IMG/VR virus record: IMGVR_UViG_3300049044_000033
Span: 222,796 to 286,795 of that record
Length of the DNA: 64,000 nucleotides
Source: a virus
Lineage: Duplodnaviria > Heunggongvirae > Uroviricota > Caudoviricetes
Strand: one strand, 5' to 3'
Shown: positions 63,358-64,000 of the stretch, piece by piece
Numbering within the stretch: position 1 is the first letter of the stretch
How the letters are laid out: each line of letters opens with the position of its first letter
Translations under genes and position numbers: made by a program
The notes under the pieces: generated by a model
Databases searched by the model: none
What the model was told of the DNA's origin: nothing
The model's input: only the letters and a program-made list of their open reading frames with translations

Positions 63358-63934
63358 GAAGGTTTAGCTGAACCACAATCACAAGCGCATAACTCAGGGC
63401 ATGAGCTCTCTTAAAGCCATAGAGACTATCGTCACCGGCTTGCCAGATCTCTGCTTTGATCTCGTCCCACTCTCTACCTATAAGGTGCTTCTTACGCGGG
63501 CGGAGAAGTGCTAGGAAGATTGCTAGGTCATCTAGAGTTTGTGGCTTATAGGCTTCGATGAGATCATAGGTAGGGATACCGTCGATCGTACCACCTAGCT
63601 GGAAGAGCTGCTCACAAATATCTTTGTCATAGAGCAAATCCCACAAGGGTGGCCTAGCGACTAGTTGATTAAGATGCTCTTCATCCCTGACATCTTTGTA
63701 GACGTTTAGGTTTAGGAAATCCAGCTTGAAATAGCCTCGCTCCTCAGCTTCCTCGTAGGGAAGGCTAGAAAACCCCGTAAGAGGATCCTGAGGGATGGCT
63801 TGGAAATATACACCCACGTTATGTCGGCGTAGCTCTCCGTTCTGTATCATGCTCGCAGGGATAGATAGAAGCCCCTTAAGAGCTTCTTCTCGATTAGCAA
63901 AATCGATGTCAACGTCAGGGACAAACTTGCCCAT
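63320..63934 (-). CDS. compact protein carrying DnaE (Pol III alpha)-like palm/finger motifs
   Basis: VPDVDIDF (compare DnaE PDIDIDF), GYFKLDFLNL (compare GLLKMDFLGL) and YGFKRAHALSYALV (compare YGFNKSHAAAYAL), in the same order but within 204 aa. The upstream end may extend beyond the window. Confidence 0.45.
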   Translation of the reverse strand: MGKFVPDVDIDFANREEALKGLLSIPASMIQNGELRRHNVGVYFQAIPQDPLTGFSSLPYEEAEERGYFKLDFLNLNVYKDVRDEEHLNQLVARPPLWDLLYDKDICEQLFQLGGTIDGIPTYDLIEAYKPQTLDDLAIFLALLRPRKKHLIGREWDEIKAEIWQAGDDSLYGFKRAHALSYALVIVVQLNLLVEKANGSEPTV

Positions 63935-64000
63935 TAGATAAACCTTAGCTTGAATAGAGCCGCGAGGGCGGGCATAGTCTGAAAATCGAGAACGACAATG

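Overview
This 64 kb window appears to be a dense, mostly single-orientation block from a large tailed (virulent-type) bacteriophage genome. Genes are packed head to tail with 1-8 nt start/stop overlaps, and most of 16-50 kb and 53-62 kb is minus-strand.

Recognisable replication and nucleotide-metabolism core: T4-type topoisomerase II large subunit (gp39-like, 8247-10118) and medium subunit (gp52-like, 14400-15749); class Ia ribonucleotide reductase NrdA/NrdB with a glutaredoxin; a DnaB-like helicase plus primase; an ATP-dependent polynucleotide ligase next to a Pol-beta-type nucleotidyltransferase; a TGT-family (DpdA-like) transglycosylase; a PD-(D/E)XK nuclease; and a compressed DnaE-motif ORF at the window edge.

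An unusually rich translation and proteostasis set is also present: ribosomal protein bS21, initiation factor IF3, ClpX, a protein carrying a ribosomal bL12 C-terminal domain, tRNA-Thr(GGU) with no encoded CCA, a CCA-adding enzyme, and a circularly permuted (two-piece type) tmRNA gene whose tag reads ANDNNVVEALAA.

Auxiliary and host-interaction genes: AdoMetDC (speD), a NADAR/YbiA domain, a secreted SNase-like nuclease, a TelA-like protein, an SPFH/flotillin plus NfeD-like pair, DUF4326, a stand-alone CheY-like receiver, a four-PAS-domain protein, a SleB-like cell-wall hydrolase, an Smr domain, an HNH endonuclease and an alpha/beta hydrolase.

The most striking feature is a family of more than 20 small paralogous ORFs (60-140 aa) that share only a conserved C-terminal motif, roughly DAxxFKL(T/R)WGG. 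Fifteen of them form a translationally coupled tandem array inserted exactly between the two topoisomerase II subunit genes (10115-14337). A second cluster (21753-23087) and dispersed copies lie elsewhere.

No rRNA, CRISPR array or integrase was seen.
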